Part shown: one piece after another, positions 10,295 to 19,362 of the stretch
Layout: each line of letters starts with the position of its first letter
How positions within the stretch are numbered: position 1 is the stretch's first letter
Assembly: GCA_903848275.1 (NCBI GenBank)
Contig: CAINGB010000001.1
Coordinates: 1,175 to 65,174 of the forward strand
Direction: 5' to 3'
From: Candidatus Uhrbacteria bacterium
GTDB lineage: Bacteria > Patescibacteriota > Patescibacteriia > UBA9934
Length of the DNA: 64,000 nucleotides
Notes under the pieces: generated by a model
Databases searched by the model: none
Seen by the model: the letters and a program-made list of their open reading frames with translations, nothing else
What the model was told of the DNA's origin: nothing
Made by a program: the position numbers and the translations under genes

Positions 10295-11497
10295 CTACAC
10301 GGTCTCTTCGTTCTTGGACGATCGCGAGCCCACCCAGTCAGAGGCCCGCACTAGCTCCTTCTTGATCATCGCCAGATGCGACTGTCGATTCATCGGCGTA
10401 ATGTGACTCAAAGACACGCTCAGACAGACGTTGATCTCCAACAAGACTTTGTTCTTGAAGCTCTGCCCCAGCGACTCAGGCAGCGCTGCTCGCCGCTCGT
10501 GAATCGCCGTGATCCACTCATTCCACATCTCGTCCGTCACCACCGTCCGGTGCTTGACCGCATCCGATACCTCGGTCACGAGGCCCTCGAACTCGTACTG
10601 CCACACGAGCAGCTTGAAGCAGTCGATGATGTTCTTCATGAGCTGCCGCAGGAACTCCATCGCGCCGGACTGATGTCCGCGACTCTCCGGCAGAAGACTA
10701 CCGATGACGCGCGCCACCTCCTCAGCGTCACGGATGCAGTGTGCACCCGGATCCACAAATGGCCTGACCACGAACAGGTCCTGCATGGTGGCCGCCAGCA
10801 GCTTGAAGTAGTCACGCACCGTCGGCTTGAACGCCTCCTGCCACACCAAGCCGAGCTTCTGCTCGAGTTCCGGTAGCAGCCCCTTGACCTGCTCGATCAC
10901 CGAACCGATGTACTGGTCGATCACCGTGCCAAGCGACACCACAATCTGCTGGTCCGTGTCGAGCTCTGCTCCGCGCTGGGCGGTGCGGATGGCCGCCGCC
11001 GAGTAGCCCAACCGCTTGCGCGAACTCGGGCCATCACGCTTGTTGGTCTTGCGGATGAGGTCACGCGCCTTGCGCACCTGCTGGTTGTTCGTGCCAAGGA
11101 GCTCCTCCCCCTCGTCTTCGAGCAATGCCTGCAGCTTGTTGCTTAGCGCCACCAGCTCGTCATACTTGGCGAACACGTCGCCGTAGGTCGCCGCCAGACT
11201 GAGGAGTGCCAACTGGTTCAGGTCGCGCACCAAGCACAGCTGCATATTCACCCACGAGTGGATGTACATCTGCATACGCCGAGCCTTGTACGCGTTGTCC
11301 GCAGACAGCCAAAGCTGCACGTACTTGCCCTTGCGTGCCCGCATGGCCTTCATGTCCGGCCCGAACAACGTTCCTGGCTTGACCTTGTTGTCGACGTCGA
11401 CTGCCACGAGGATCTTGTTCTCAGACCCGGGCAGATAGAACCAGGTTCCGCGGTTCTCAGCTTTCGCAGTCGGCACAGTGAGTTCAAAAATCTTCAT
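10295..11497 (-). CDS. Hypothetical protein, 400 aa, GC-rich
   Basis: Long ORF with upstream AAGGAAG RBS-like sequence; no recognisable motif. Confidence 0.75.
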   Translation of the reverse strand: MKIFELTVPTAKAENRGTWFYLPGSENKILVAVDVDNKVKPGTLFGPDMKAMRARKGKYVQLWLSADNAYKARRMQMYIHSWVNMQLCLVRDLNQLALLSLAATYGDVFAKYDELVALSNKLQALLEDEGEELLGTNNQQVRKARDLIRKTNKRDGPSSRKRLGYSAAAIRTAQRGAELDTDQQIVVSLGTVIDQYIGSVIEQVKGLLPELEQKLGLVWQEAFKPTVRDYFKLLAATMQDLFVVRPFVDPGAHCIRDAEEVARVIGSLLPESRGHQSGAMEFLRQLMKNIIDCFKLLVWQYEFEGLVTEVSDAVKHRTVVTDEMWNEWITAIHERRAALPESLGQSFKNKVLLEINVCLSVSLSHITPMNRQSHLAMIKKELVRASDWVGSRSSKNEETV

Positions 11498-11593
11498 CTC
11501 GTCTTCCTTTAGCAGCCTGCGCCGCTATTCACGTTTATCTGGCCGGAAATCGACCAGAGCGAATATTAGCCTAAAAACAACGACAAAGTCAAC

Positions 11594-12001
11594 CTATACG
11601 ACCAGTTCTGCCTTAATCTTCTCTGCCACCATCGCCAGCTCTTCTTGCGTTGGGTGCGTCTTCGCAAAAGCCCGTGCTACTCCGTCGACCCGCGGCATCA
11701 AATGTAAATGCGTGTGGAAAACGTCTTGTCCAGCAGCTATCCCATGGTTCATGCCTAAATTATAACCACTCGCTCCCACCGCTTTCATAATCGCCGGCGC
11801 CGTCAAATAAATCGCTTTCATCAGCTCAACAGCTTCATCAACACTCCCAACTGCCAAATTCTCCGCATGTTTCTTCGGCACAAACAACGTATGTCCCACT
11901 GACACCGGACCAATATCCAAAAACGCCAACACATGTTCATTCTCAAACACTTTATGACACGGAATCTCCCCCGCAATTATTTTACAAAAGATACAGTCCA
12001 T
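11594..12001 (-). CDS. HIT-family nucleotide hydrolase
   Basis: DCIFCKI, GHTL, HTHLH histidine triad. Confidence 0.93.
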   Translation of the reverse strand: MDCIFCKIIAGEIPCHKVFENEHVLAFLDIGPVSVGHTLFVPKKHAENLAVGSVDEAVELMKAIYLTAPAIMKAVGASGYNLGMNHGIAAGQDVFHTHLHLMPRVDGVARAFAKTHPTQEELAMVAEKIKAELVV

Positions 12002-12306
12002 ACCGGTAAAATTAAACAACCAAGGCTTAAAAGTAAACGCAACTCACCAAATATCACACCCTCTCGCCAAACGATCACCGCCAGCACGCCGCCGATCGCC
12101 AACGCTGGCAAATAATACCAGCGATAATTCACCGGTGTCGGCTTCGTGAACGCATAAAGAGTACCGAAAATTACCGCGAGCAGCAAGACCAAATGCGGCG
12201 AAAAAACATAGCTCACAAAGCCCGGGCTCTTGTATTCGATAGTTAACAAGGCCAAATAACTCGCCAAACTCGTATAGAACGCCGTGCGCAATAATCGTTG
12301 ATACAT
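11977..12306 (-). CDS. Small membrane protein
   Basis: About 4 hydrophobic segments, in operon context. Confidence 0.65.
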   Translation of the reverse strand: MYQRLLRTAFYTSLASYLALLTIEYKSPGFVSYVFSPHLVLLLAVIFGTLYAFTKPTPVNYRWYYLPALAIGGVLAVIVWREGVIFGELRLLLSLGCLILPVWTVSFVK

Positions 12307-12307
12307 A

Positions 12308-12844
12308 TTACCTATACCAAGCAATCTTAATCTTCTCAATATCGACACTGTGCCCGTCAGCCTTCACTTGCGGCGCTGACAAAATAAATTTAATCGTGCC
12401 ATTAGTTCGCGGCAACTGCGTAATATCAAAATTAACCGTCGACTCCTGCCAGTCGCTGCTCTCGACCACAAAATTATCAAACGTTCGCAAGTCAAAACTA
12501 TTCGTCGTCATATCCGTAATCACGCCCAGCTTAAAAATCGGCTGCTCATGATTACGGTAGTACAACGTTACCTCGGCACTGGTGTAATCTCCGTTCGGCA
12601 CTTTCGCCGTAAAATAAGCCGGGTCATCAACCATTGTCACATACTCATTATCCGTCGACGCTGGGACTCGGGCTACCGGCAAAATACGATTGATATAAGG
12701 CGACCTATCAAGCGCATTCACCCGCACCACAAACGTACCACCTGGCGCCCAGTGCAACCAAGCTAACACAACAAGCAACGTCAAAGGCACAGCAATAATC
12801 GCCGCATGTTCCAGTCCCTCAATTACTTGCGCTCTTTTCAACAT
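12308..12844 (-). CDS. Hypothetical membrane-anchored protein
   Basis: N-terminal TM helix followed by a beta-rich domain. Confidence 0.7.
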   Translation of the reverse strand: MLKRAQVIEGLEHAAIIAVPLTLLVVLAWLHWAPGGTFVVRVNALDRSPYINRILPVARVPASTDNEYVTMVDDPAYFTAKVPNGDYTSAEVTLYYRNHEQPIFKLGVITDMTTNSFDLRTFDNFVVESSDWQESTVNFDITQLPRTNGTIKFILSAPQVKADGHSVDIEKIKIAWYR

Positions 12845-12850
12845 ATTTTT

Positions 12851-12886
12851 TGGTCTACATTCAATGTATACATTGAATGTAGACCA
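12851..12886. repeat. Perfect 36-bp palindrome
   Basis: TGGTCTACATTCAATGTA|TACATTGAATGTAGACCA. Confidence 0.9.
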
Positions 12887-12898
12887 CTTATCCCCAGG

Positions 12899-14464
12899 TC
12901 ACCTAACCGAAATTCTATATAACGCCTCATCTTCGATATTATCGACCAGCTCAATCTTCAAGCCCATCTTTCCTAGCTTATCATCATTTAAATAATTAAG
13001 GTCGACTTCCGGAAACGGAATCCCGAAGTAATACAACGGCGCCAGCTTAACAGCTATCGGCATGGCTGCATACGTCGCCTCACTTCGTAACGGCTGAATT
13101 ACATGTCGTTCTGGCCACAAAAACTTATCAGCTCGGTCCACAACAATAATCGAATCCACCTCGGTCTCCGCCAATATCGTATCCCTCTTCGCTGCACTTG
13201 CCAGCAGAACTTGCCGAGTTTTAAGCAAGCCATCACTACCACCGAAAACCAACGAGCTCGACAATAATGCAACTACCAACAACCCTCCTTTCAGCCGCCA
13301 TCTCAACAACCCTTTAGTCGCAAACAACGTTGCCAACACAAACAGCGGCAACCAATAGCGCAAATGCGAGTCCCCAATTGTAATCGCCGTCGGATCTGGA
13401 TTGTCATTAAACGACCAACTACCGTACAACACGCCCAGCCACGCAGCCAAAATCAACGTGCCAAGCGCCAGCTTGCGCCAGCCTCCTTTTTCGCGCAACG
13501 ACACATAAATCCCAATCGCCGCCAAAATACTCAGCCACCAGAATAAACCAATCCCATAATGCCAAACATTTTTAATGATCGCTTTCGGGTGCACACCAAA
13601 CGGTAACAGCAAATTGATAATCGAACGTTGAATAGGCAGGGTCACCGTCCCCCGCCCCTGTAAATTTTCATGGTCAATTGCCTCCGCGGACACATGACTA
13701 TCAACCACCGTATACCCCGTCGACCACGGTTGCTGATACAAAGCAACATTGAGACTCGCATTCACAGCAATCGGCAAAGCAAAACCGAGCAGCAACATCA
13801 GCCACGGCAATTTACCAGCCACCTCTTTGCGATACGTAATCGAGATCGCCATTACTACTGGCAATATCCAAACTAATTCCGACAAGCGAAAAAACGCCGC
13901 CAAGCCAATGCCCAAGCCAGCCAGCAAAAACTCCAGCCAAGCCTTCTTCAACGGCTTCACCACCACCAACCACACCGCGAAAATAAGAAAGCAAACAAAC
14001 CCCACGTTCGGCATCATCGTGCGGGCCGCGTAATACCAAACCGCTGGCTGCAACGCCAACATCGTCGTCGCCACATAAGCGAATATCTCATTCTTCGTTA
14101 CCTTTTTCACCGTGGCGAACCAAGCGAATAAAGCTAACATCAACAAAATCGGCGTCAATAATCGCAAACCAAAAGTACCAACTAAATGTCCAAACAAACC
14201 AGCTGCAAACGACAAGCCAAGAAAACTCCCCGGCACAATAAACTCGCCCACCGCTAACGCACTCCGCGGGTGCACCAGCCCTCTCAACTGCGCTGTCACG
14301 TCGTCATGGATAGCTAGACTACCAGTCTGCAACATTGAGTTTGCAAACGTATAATTAGCATTCTCATCCGGCGAAGTAAAAGACGCCGACACCCCAACCG
14401 TCAACCATGACGTCGAACAGAAATAAATGACGAGCGCTACAATAATTACAATCTTCTTTCGCAT
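12899..14464 (-). CDS. GT-C-type (ArnT/PMT-like) membrane glycosyltransferase
   Basis: TSPDE acidic motif after TM1, many TM helices, RYWLP motif. Confidence 0.7.
   Translation of the reverse strand: MRKKIVIIVALVIYFCSTSWLTVGVSASFTSPDENANYTFANSMLQTGSLAIHDDVTAQLRGLVHPRSALAVGEFIVPGSFLGLSFAAGLFGHLVGTFGLRLLTPILLMLALFAWFATVKKVTKNEIFAYVATTMLALQPAVWYYAARTMMPNVGFVCFLIFAVWLVVVKPLKKAWLEFLLAGLGIGLAAFFRLSELVWILPVVMAISITYRKEVAGKLPWLMLLLGFALPIAVNASLNVALYQQPWSTGYTVVDSHVSAEAIDHENLQGRGTVTLPIQRSIINLLLPFGVHPKAIIKNVWHYGIGLFWWLSILAAIGIYVSLREKGGWRKLALGTLILAAWLGVLYGSWSFNDNPDPTAITIGDSHLRYWLPLFVLATLFATKGLLRWRLKGGLLVVALLSSSLVFGGSDGLLKTRQVLLASAAKRDTILAETEVDSIIVVDRADKFLWPERHVIQPLRSEATYAAMPIAVKLAPLYYFGIPFPEVDLNYLNDDKLGKMGLKIELVDNIEDEALYRISVR
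13631..13656 (+). repeat. REP copy (25/26 match to the RAYT-flanking REP) inside the GT-C gene
   Basis: AATAGGCAGGGTCACCGTCCCCCGCC versus 17190-17215. Confidence 0.85.
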
Positions 14465-14466
14465 AC

Positions 14467-15045
14467 TTACAAAGAGTAGGTCAAAGCAGCGATCGCGCCA
14501 AGCACCGTCGCCACAACTAACGCCCATTGACCAACCAAGATCAAAACCGGAATCTGCAACAAAATAGCTAACAGCAGTAGCGTCATCGATAACACCTGAA
14601 GACACAGCTTACTCTTTCCCCACAAATTAGCCATCATGACTGCTTTATTAGTTCGCGCCCTCAAGCCCCAAAGAATAAATGGCAAAAGATCGCAACCAAT
14701 CGCTGCAACTACAACAATTGGGTTAAAATAACGTAAAGCAAAAACCAGAATTACCGAACCAATCAGCAGTCTATCAGCCACCGGATCGAAAACAATACCC
14801 CATGGGGTAATTTGCCCACGAACCCGAGCTAAAGAACCATCCAGCATATCTGTCGACGCTGTCAGAATAAATAATGGAACACCGAAAGTTAAATTATTAG
14901 TGCCCAGTAAATAGACCACTACCGGAGTTAATACGAAACGCAAAACAGTCAGGTGATTAGGCCTGATAAAAGCTGGAATAAACGGCAAAACCAACGCTCT
15001 TAGTACGTAATCTTGCGGGAACAATTTTGCTGGGTTACGCGCCAT
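14467..15045 (-). CDS. CDP-alcohol phosphatidyltransferase (PgsA-like)
   Basis: PNHLT, TDMLDGSLAR...G...DPVAD motif. Confidence 0.9.
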   Translation of the reverse strand: MARNPAKLFPQDYVLRALVLPFIPAFIRPNHLTVLRFVLTPVVVYLLGTNNLTFGVPLFILTASTDMLDGSLARVRGQITPWGIVFDPVADRLLIGSVILVFALRYFNPIVVVAAIGCDLLPFILWGLRARTNKAVMMANLWGKSKLCLQVLSMTLLLLAILLQIPVLILVGQWALVVATVLGAIAALTYSL

Positions 15046-15100
15046 ATTCTCCCTAATCCCTGTTACAGCTGCCAAGTCTATGTTATTATCATACCAGATT

Positions 15101-17170
15101 ATGGAAAAAATATTCCTTCGAGCTACAATTGCGCTGAGCTTAGTCACAATTCTCGGCAGCCTACTCTACTACACCCTTCCAGTCACCTGGCTCGGCTTAT
15201 TCCTGATCCTCATCTTTTCTGTCTTGGTCGCCATCCTTCTCCCCTTAAAATCCCCCGAATCAAGTCAACCAAAGCTCAGCTTTGGGCGCAAACCAGAAAT
15301 CACGCTGAGCGCGATAATAATCCTTGCGCTAACCGCCTGGTGGACCGTCGTCTTCCCCATCAGTATCACCACCGCCGTTCGCTCCCCTTGGGGCATTGTT
15401 CCCGTTTTCTCCCTAGCAGCTCTCGCGATCGCAATCTTTAGTTTGATTGTATTAACTTCTTCTAGCCGGGTGACGCGGAGGGAGGCCCCTGCCGGGCGCG
15501 CAGCTTGCGAGCATCTGGCGGGGTCCGCAGTGGCAGGACCCGGCCGTAGAGACGATATAATAACCACCGCTCTCTTTATCATTACTTTATTTTCAGCGAT
15601 CTCCATGGCCGCCGTCATCTACCCAATTGGCTTCGGTTTCGACCCCTTTCTCCATCGCGCTACAGTCGAGCACATCGCTACCTTCGGCACCATTACGCCT
15701 AAGCCGTTGTACTACATCGGCCAATACGCCCTCGAGCTCACCCTGCATCTCATCGGCGGCTTACAACTTATCCTCGTCGATCGTTTCCTCCTCCCTCTTC
15801 TCGCCGCCATTTTACTCACCGGCAGCACTCTCCTCGGTCTTGCATCTTACACTAAAATCAAGTCAAATTTCGTCCTCGCTGGCCTCTTACTCTTTCCCCT
15901 CAGCACCCTCATCTCAACAACTCCCCAAGGCCTAGCCTACGTTTTCTGCGCCAGCGCCATCATGCTTTCCTTCACTTCATCACTCATCCCCGCTGGCCTC
16001 TTAGCCCTCGCCGCCGCTATCACTCACCCTATCGCCGGCATTCCCGCCGTCATCTTCGTCTTCACCTCTTATCTCCTCCGTCGAGCCACAAATCGCACAT
16101 ACCAAAAAATAATCTTGGCCTGCGCTTTCATTCTCAGCACCCTCGCCATCCCCACTCTCTTCGCCCTCCAAGCCGCCAAATCCGGCCTCGCCCTCTCTCT
16201 CAACCTGGCTAACCTTTTTGACCTCTCCCGCTGGCACTCTCTCGGCCTCACCTCATTCTTCAGTAATCACTTTAACACCTGGTACGACGCCCTTTACTTG
16301 GTCATCGATAACCTCTTCCTCATCACCATAATCTTCGCTCTCATCGGCTTCTTTTATCACTTAACATCGAAATCCTTTACATTGGGTGACGCGGGGCAGG
16401 TCCCCTGCGCGGCGCGCAACGCAGTGAGCACCGAGGAGGGTGGCCAAGCGGCAGGACCCAATGAACTCAGGCACCCAAATCTCTTATTACTCTTACTCAC
16501 CTCAAGCGCCATGTTCCTGAGCTTCGTCGTCCTCTCCCTCCTCTTCAACTTCGACTTCCTAATCTCCTACGAACGAAGCGACTACGCCTTACGCTGCCTC
16601 ACTTTAGCGCATATTTTCTTAATCCCTCTAGCCGCCTTAGGCCTCGTCACCATCAATAACTTCTTACAAAAAAAACCACTGGCCCTCCGCCTCACCTTCT
16701 TCGTCCTCCTCACCGTTATCGCTATCGGCAACATTTACGGCGCCTATCCTCGCCACGACAACTACGCTACTAGTGCCGGCTTCAACACCTCGCAGGCCGA
16801 CGTCGACGCAGTGCAAAAAATCGACACTCTGGCGGACGGTCAAGACTACATCGTTCTTGCCAACCAAGCCACTTCTGCCGCCGCTATCAGTCTCTACGGC
16901 TTCAAAAAATATTATCACGACGACATCTTCTACTACCCAATCCCAACTGGCGGCCCGCTCTATCAAAAATATCTAACCATGGTCAACAACACGCCGAGCC
17001 TCGACACTATTCATGAAGCTATGGACTTAGCTGGCGTCAATCTGGCCTACTTCGCCATTAGCGATTATTGGTGGGACGCTAAAAACATTATCTCTCAAAG
17101 CAAACTCCTCACCAACTCATGGTTCACGACTCCCGACGGCTCCGTCACGGTCTTTGAATTCCGCCGCTAA
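15101..17170 (+). CDS. Large polytopic membrane protein with two in-frame hairpin-repeat insertions
   Basis: Many TM helices, GFDPFLH motif; inserted peptides RVTRREAPAGRAACEHLAGSAVAGPG and LGDAGQVPCAARNAVSTEEGGQAAGP. Confidence 0.8.
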   Translation: MEKIFLRATIALSLVTILGSLLYYTLPVTWLGLFLILIFSVLVAILLPLKSPESSQPKLSFGRKPEITLSAIIILALTAWWTVVFPISITTAVRSPWGIVPVFSLAALAIAIFSLIVLTSSSRVTRREAPAGRAACEHLAGSAVAGPGRRDDIITTALFIITLFSAISMAAVIYPIGFGFDPFLHRATVEHIATFGTITPKPLYYIGQYALELTLHLIGGLQLILVDRFLLPLLAAILLTGSTLLGLASYTKIKSNFVLAGLLLFPLSTLISTTPQGLAYVFCASAIMLSFTSSLIPAGLLALAAAITHPIAGIPAVIFVFTSYLLRRATNRTYQKIILACAFILSTLAIPTLFALQAAKSGLALSLNLANLFDLSRWHSLGLTSFFSNHFNTWYDALYLVIDNLFLITIIFALIGFFYHLTSKSFTLGDAGQVPCAARNAVSTEEGGQAAGPNELRHPNLLLLLLTSSAMFLSFVVLSLLFNFDFLISYERSDYALRCLTLAHIFLIPLAALGLVTINNFLQKKPLALRLTFFVLLTVIAIGNIYGAYPRHDNYATSAGFNTSQADVDAVQKIDTLADGQDYIVLANQATSAAAISLYGFKKYYHDDIFYYPIPTGGPLYQKYLTMVNNTPSLDTIHEAMDLAGVNLAYFAISDYWWDAKNIISQSKLLTNSWFTTPDGSVTVFEFRR
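15461..15550 (+). repeat. Structured hairpin element, copy A (intragenic)
   Basis: GCCGGGT-GACGC...CAGG-ACCCGGC; closely resembles copy E at 62244. Confidence 0.85.
16380..16463 (+). repeat. Structured hairpin element, copy B (intragenic)
   Basis: CATTGGGT-GACGC...GGAGGGTGGCCAAGCGGCAGG-ACCCAATG; resembles copies C and D. Confidence 0.85.
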
Positions 17171-17504
17171 TTAATAATAGTAATTTCTCAATAGGCGGGG
17201 TCACCGTCCCCCGCCGTAATTCCCTTTCTGAAAACCACCGAGCCATAAAACCCTTTACCCCCTTCATATAATCACTAAATGTTTTTGTTCCCTGTGGCCA
17301 GATAATACAATGGAAATGATCGGGCATTACCACGGCTGCAATCAGTAAAACGTTATATTGCTTCGAATAGTATTTCAACTCCTTTATCAGCATCAATGCA
17401 GCTTCTTCGTCTATAAACAATGGCAATCGATTAAACGTAGTGGATGAGATAAAATGTGGCAAATTCAGCTCAGTCCACAAAGCATGAGTTCGTGCAGAAC
17501 GCAT
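17145..17504 (-). pseudogene. Truncated REP-associated tyrosine transposase (RAYT / IS200-like Y1 HUH)
   Basis: HFISSTT, VVMPDHFH (HUH), MKGVKGFMAR; homology appears to stop at the REP and the C-terminal catalytic Tyr segment is not seen. Confidence 0.8.
17190..17215 (+). repeat. REP, left arm of a perfect 26-bp inverted pair around the RAYT
   Basis: AATAGGCGGGGTCACCGTCCCCCGCC. Confidence 0.92.
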
Positions 17505-17521
17505 AATAGATTATTTATCAT

Positions 17522-17547
17522 GGCGGGGGACGGTGACCCCGCCTATT
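17522..17547 (-). repeat. REP, right arm
   Basis: GGCGGGGGACGGTGACCCCGCCTATT is the exact reverse complement of 17190-17215. Confidence 0.92.
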
Positions 17548-17566
17548 AATTAGCTCAATAACCAAG

Positions 17567-18154
17567 TCAGCTAATCTGCTCAGTTAATTCAGCTATTCGG
17601 CTTTGTGCTAAGCCCGTCCGATGCGCCAACAACTCTACCTCATGATCCGTTAAATGCTTAGCCAGTAATACGTTCGCCTCAGCCAAAGCTGCAAATTCAA
17701 TATCCGTTAAACCAGTAATCGCCGTCACGGGGTACGTCATAGCCGTCAGCTTTGAAACCAATTCATCACCATCAATCAAGCGCAAACCTTTGTGACTCGC
17801 ATAAGCCACAGCCTCCTGACTAAAAACGCTATTTGTCACCACCCAATACTCATCAAAGTGCGGGCAAGCCTGCACATCAGCCCCATCCAGCAAATCAAGA
17901 TAGGTCGCGTACGCCGCCAACACCGTCTGCAACGTCACCAGTTGCCCGTGCTCGGGTAAAAACACCGTTTTAATAGCGTAGGTCTTACAAGTTTGTTGGG
18001 CCACCACGTCGAGGTCATGCGTTGCACAAGCCCCTGGTACAGCTACTCCACATTCAGCCTTGAAACCCTGTTCGTTTAACATCGCAGCCACAAAATGCGT
18101 GAACGCTAAATTCACAACGCCTAGACGCAACAAGGCACGACGTAAATCCTCCAT
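17567..18154 (-). CDS. Restriction-endonuclease-fold (Mrr-like) protein, possibly degenerate
   Basis: HDLDVVA...YAIK, VVTNSVFS..A..YA, LRLIDG. Confidence 0.6.
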   Translation of the reverse strand: MEDLRRALLRLGVVNLAFTHFVAAMLNEQGFKAECGVAVPGACATHDLDVVAQQTCKTYAIKTVFLPEHGQLVTLQTVLAAYATYLDLLDGADVQACPHFDEYWVVTNSVFSQEAVAYASHKGLRLIDGDELVSKLTAMTYPVTAITGLTDIEFAALAEANVLLAKHLTDHEVELLAHRTGLAQSRIAELTEQIS

Positions 18155-18160
18155 ACGCCT

Positions 18161-19354
18161 CTATTGTACTACAAGTGTGGTCAACAGGTCTCGTCCTTTA
18201 GCTTCCCATTCACTCAAACCAAGCGTCTGCTTTTCTAAAATATAATCCGCCACATACTGGACAGCTGCTACATGGTCAGTAGCATTCAACTCCTTGGCAT
18301 ATTTCTCGACGTAAGCATAATGCAACTCTTCACGCTTAGCATCATCTTCCACCTGTCGCCAAGATTCAGCTTCAATCACCACCGCAAACTCCGAGCCACC
18401 GTCATCCAACGCCTTTTGCAAATAGGCCACCAATTCTTCTTGCACGTCACTAATGGTCCGGCCAGACAAATCATCCTTAGACAATCGACCCTTCAACTTC
18501 GCTAATAACGCCGCCACCTGCGCATCCGAATTAGCAAAATCAAGATGCAAATCCTGCGTTACATAAAATGGCTTCATGTCGTAAGTAATCTTTTCCGGAT
18601 GAGCGTTAATATCCGCCGCCACCAAACCCTCATACAACGCCCGAGCTGTACCAAAACTCATCTTCGTGTCTACAAAACTATACAGTAAATATTGCAGAGC
18701 TGCTGGTACATGAGCTGACGGCCCACCAAACTTACGCAACACATCCACAATAAACACCGCTTGGTTTTGACTCCGTTGTGGGTCACCAATCGCATAGCTC
18801 TGCCGATGACGCAACCATTGTAGAGACGACGTCGTCGGCAAACCCAAAACTCGAAGCGAACCCAGTACCTGCGAGAAACCAGCCGTCACCACATAGTCAG
18901 CTTTGACGCCTAAAATATGCTCAATCTGAGCAATGCCGTAATCCAAACCAGCAAACGCACAGGCATTGGCCAAGTAATAATCGGTCGGCAAATAATTGCC
19001 CGGTGGAATATAGCTATAAGTACCACGCGGCACGCTCGTCACTTTTACCGTCCAATCTTTCACGTTGATCGCAAACAAATGAATAGCGTCGCAATGCTGC
19101 TCCTTGCCCTCTTTTCGTGAATCAATACCGAGCACCAGCACATTCACCACATTCTCATCACCAAAAGGTGCTGCGTCCGTCTCAAGCGTTGTCGCTGCTC
19201 GTTCTGCCAAAACTGTCTGCACCACATCAGCAATTTGTGGCACCGGAGCAGCAATCTCCTCAGCCTGGGTATGGAAAATTATCACTACTACCACGCACAC
19301 CACCACAAAACTCGTAACCACTCCTAGCAACAACCGTAAGCGAAAGCGGGACAT
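18161..19354 (-). CDS. LCP (LytR-CpsA-Psr) family protein
   Basis: N-terminal TM, NVLVLGIDSR, DAIHL, SVPRGT, GDPQRSQNQ. Confidence 0.8.
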   Translation of the reverse strand: MSRFRLRLLLGVVTSFVVVCVVVVIIFHTQAEEIAAPVPQIADVVQTVLAERAATTLETDAAPFGDENVVNVLVLGIDSRKEGKEQHCDAIHLFAINVKDWTVKVTSVPRGTYSYIPPGNYLPTDYYLANACAFAGLDYGIAQIEHILGVKADYVVTAGFSQVLGSLRVLGLPTTSSLQWLRHRQSYAIGDPQRSQNQAVFIVDVLRKFGGPSAHVPAALQYLLYSFVDTKMSFGTARALYEGLVAADINAHPEKITYDMKPFYVTQDLHLDFANSDAQVAALLAKLKGRLSKDDLSGRTISDVQEELVAYLQKALDDGGSEFAVVIEAESWRQVEDDAKREELHYAYVEKYAKELNATDHVAAVQYVADYILEKQTLGLSEWEAKGRDLLTTLVVQ

Positions 19355-19362
19355 ATCTTTTA

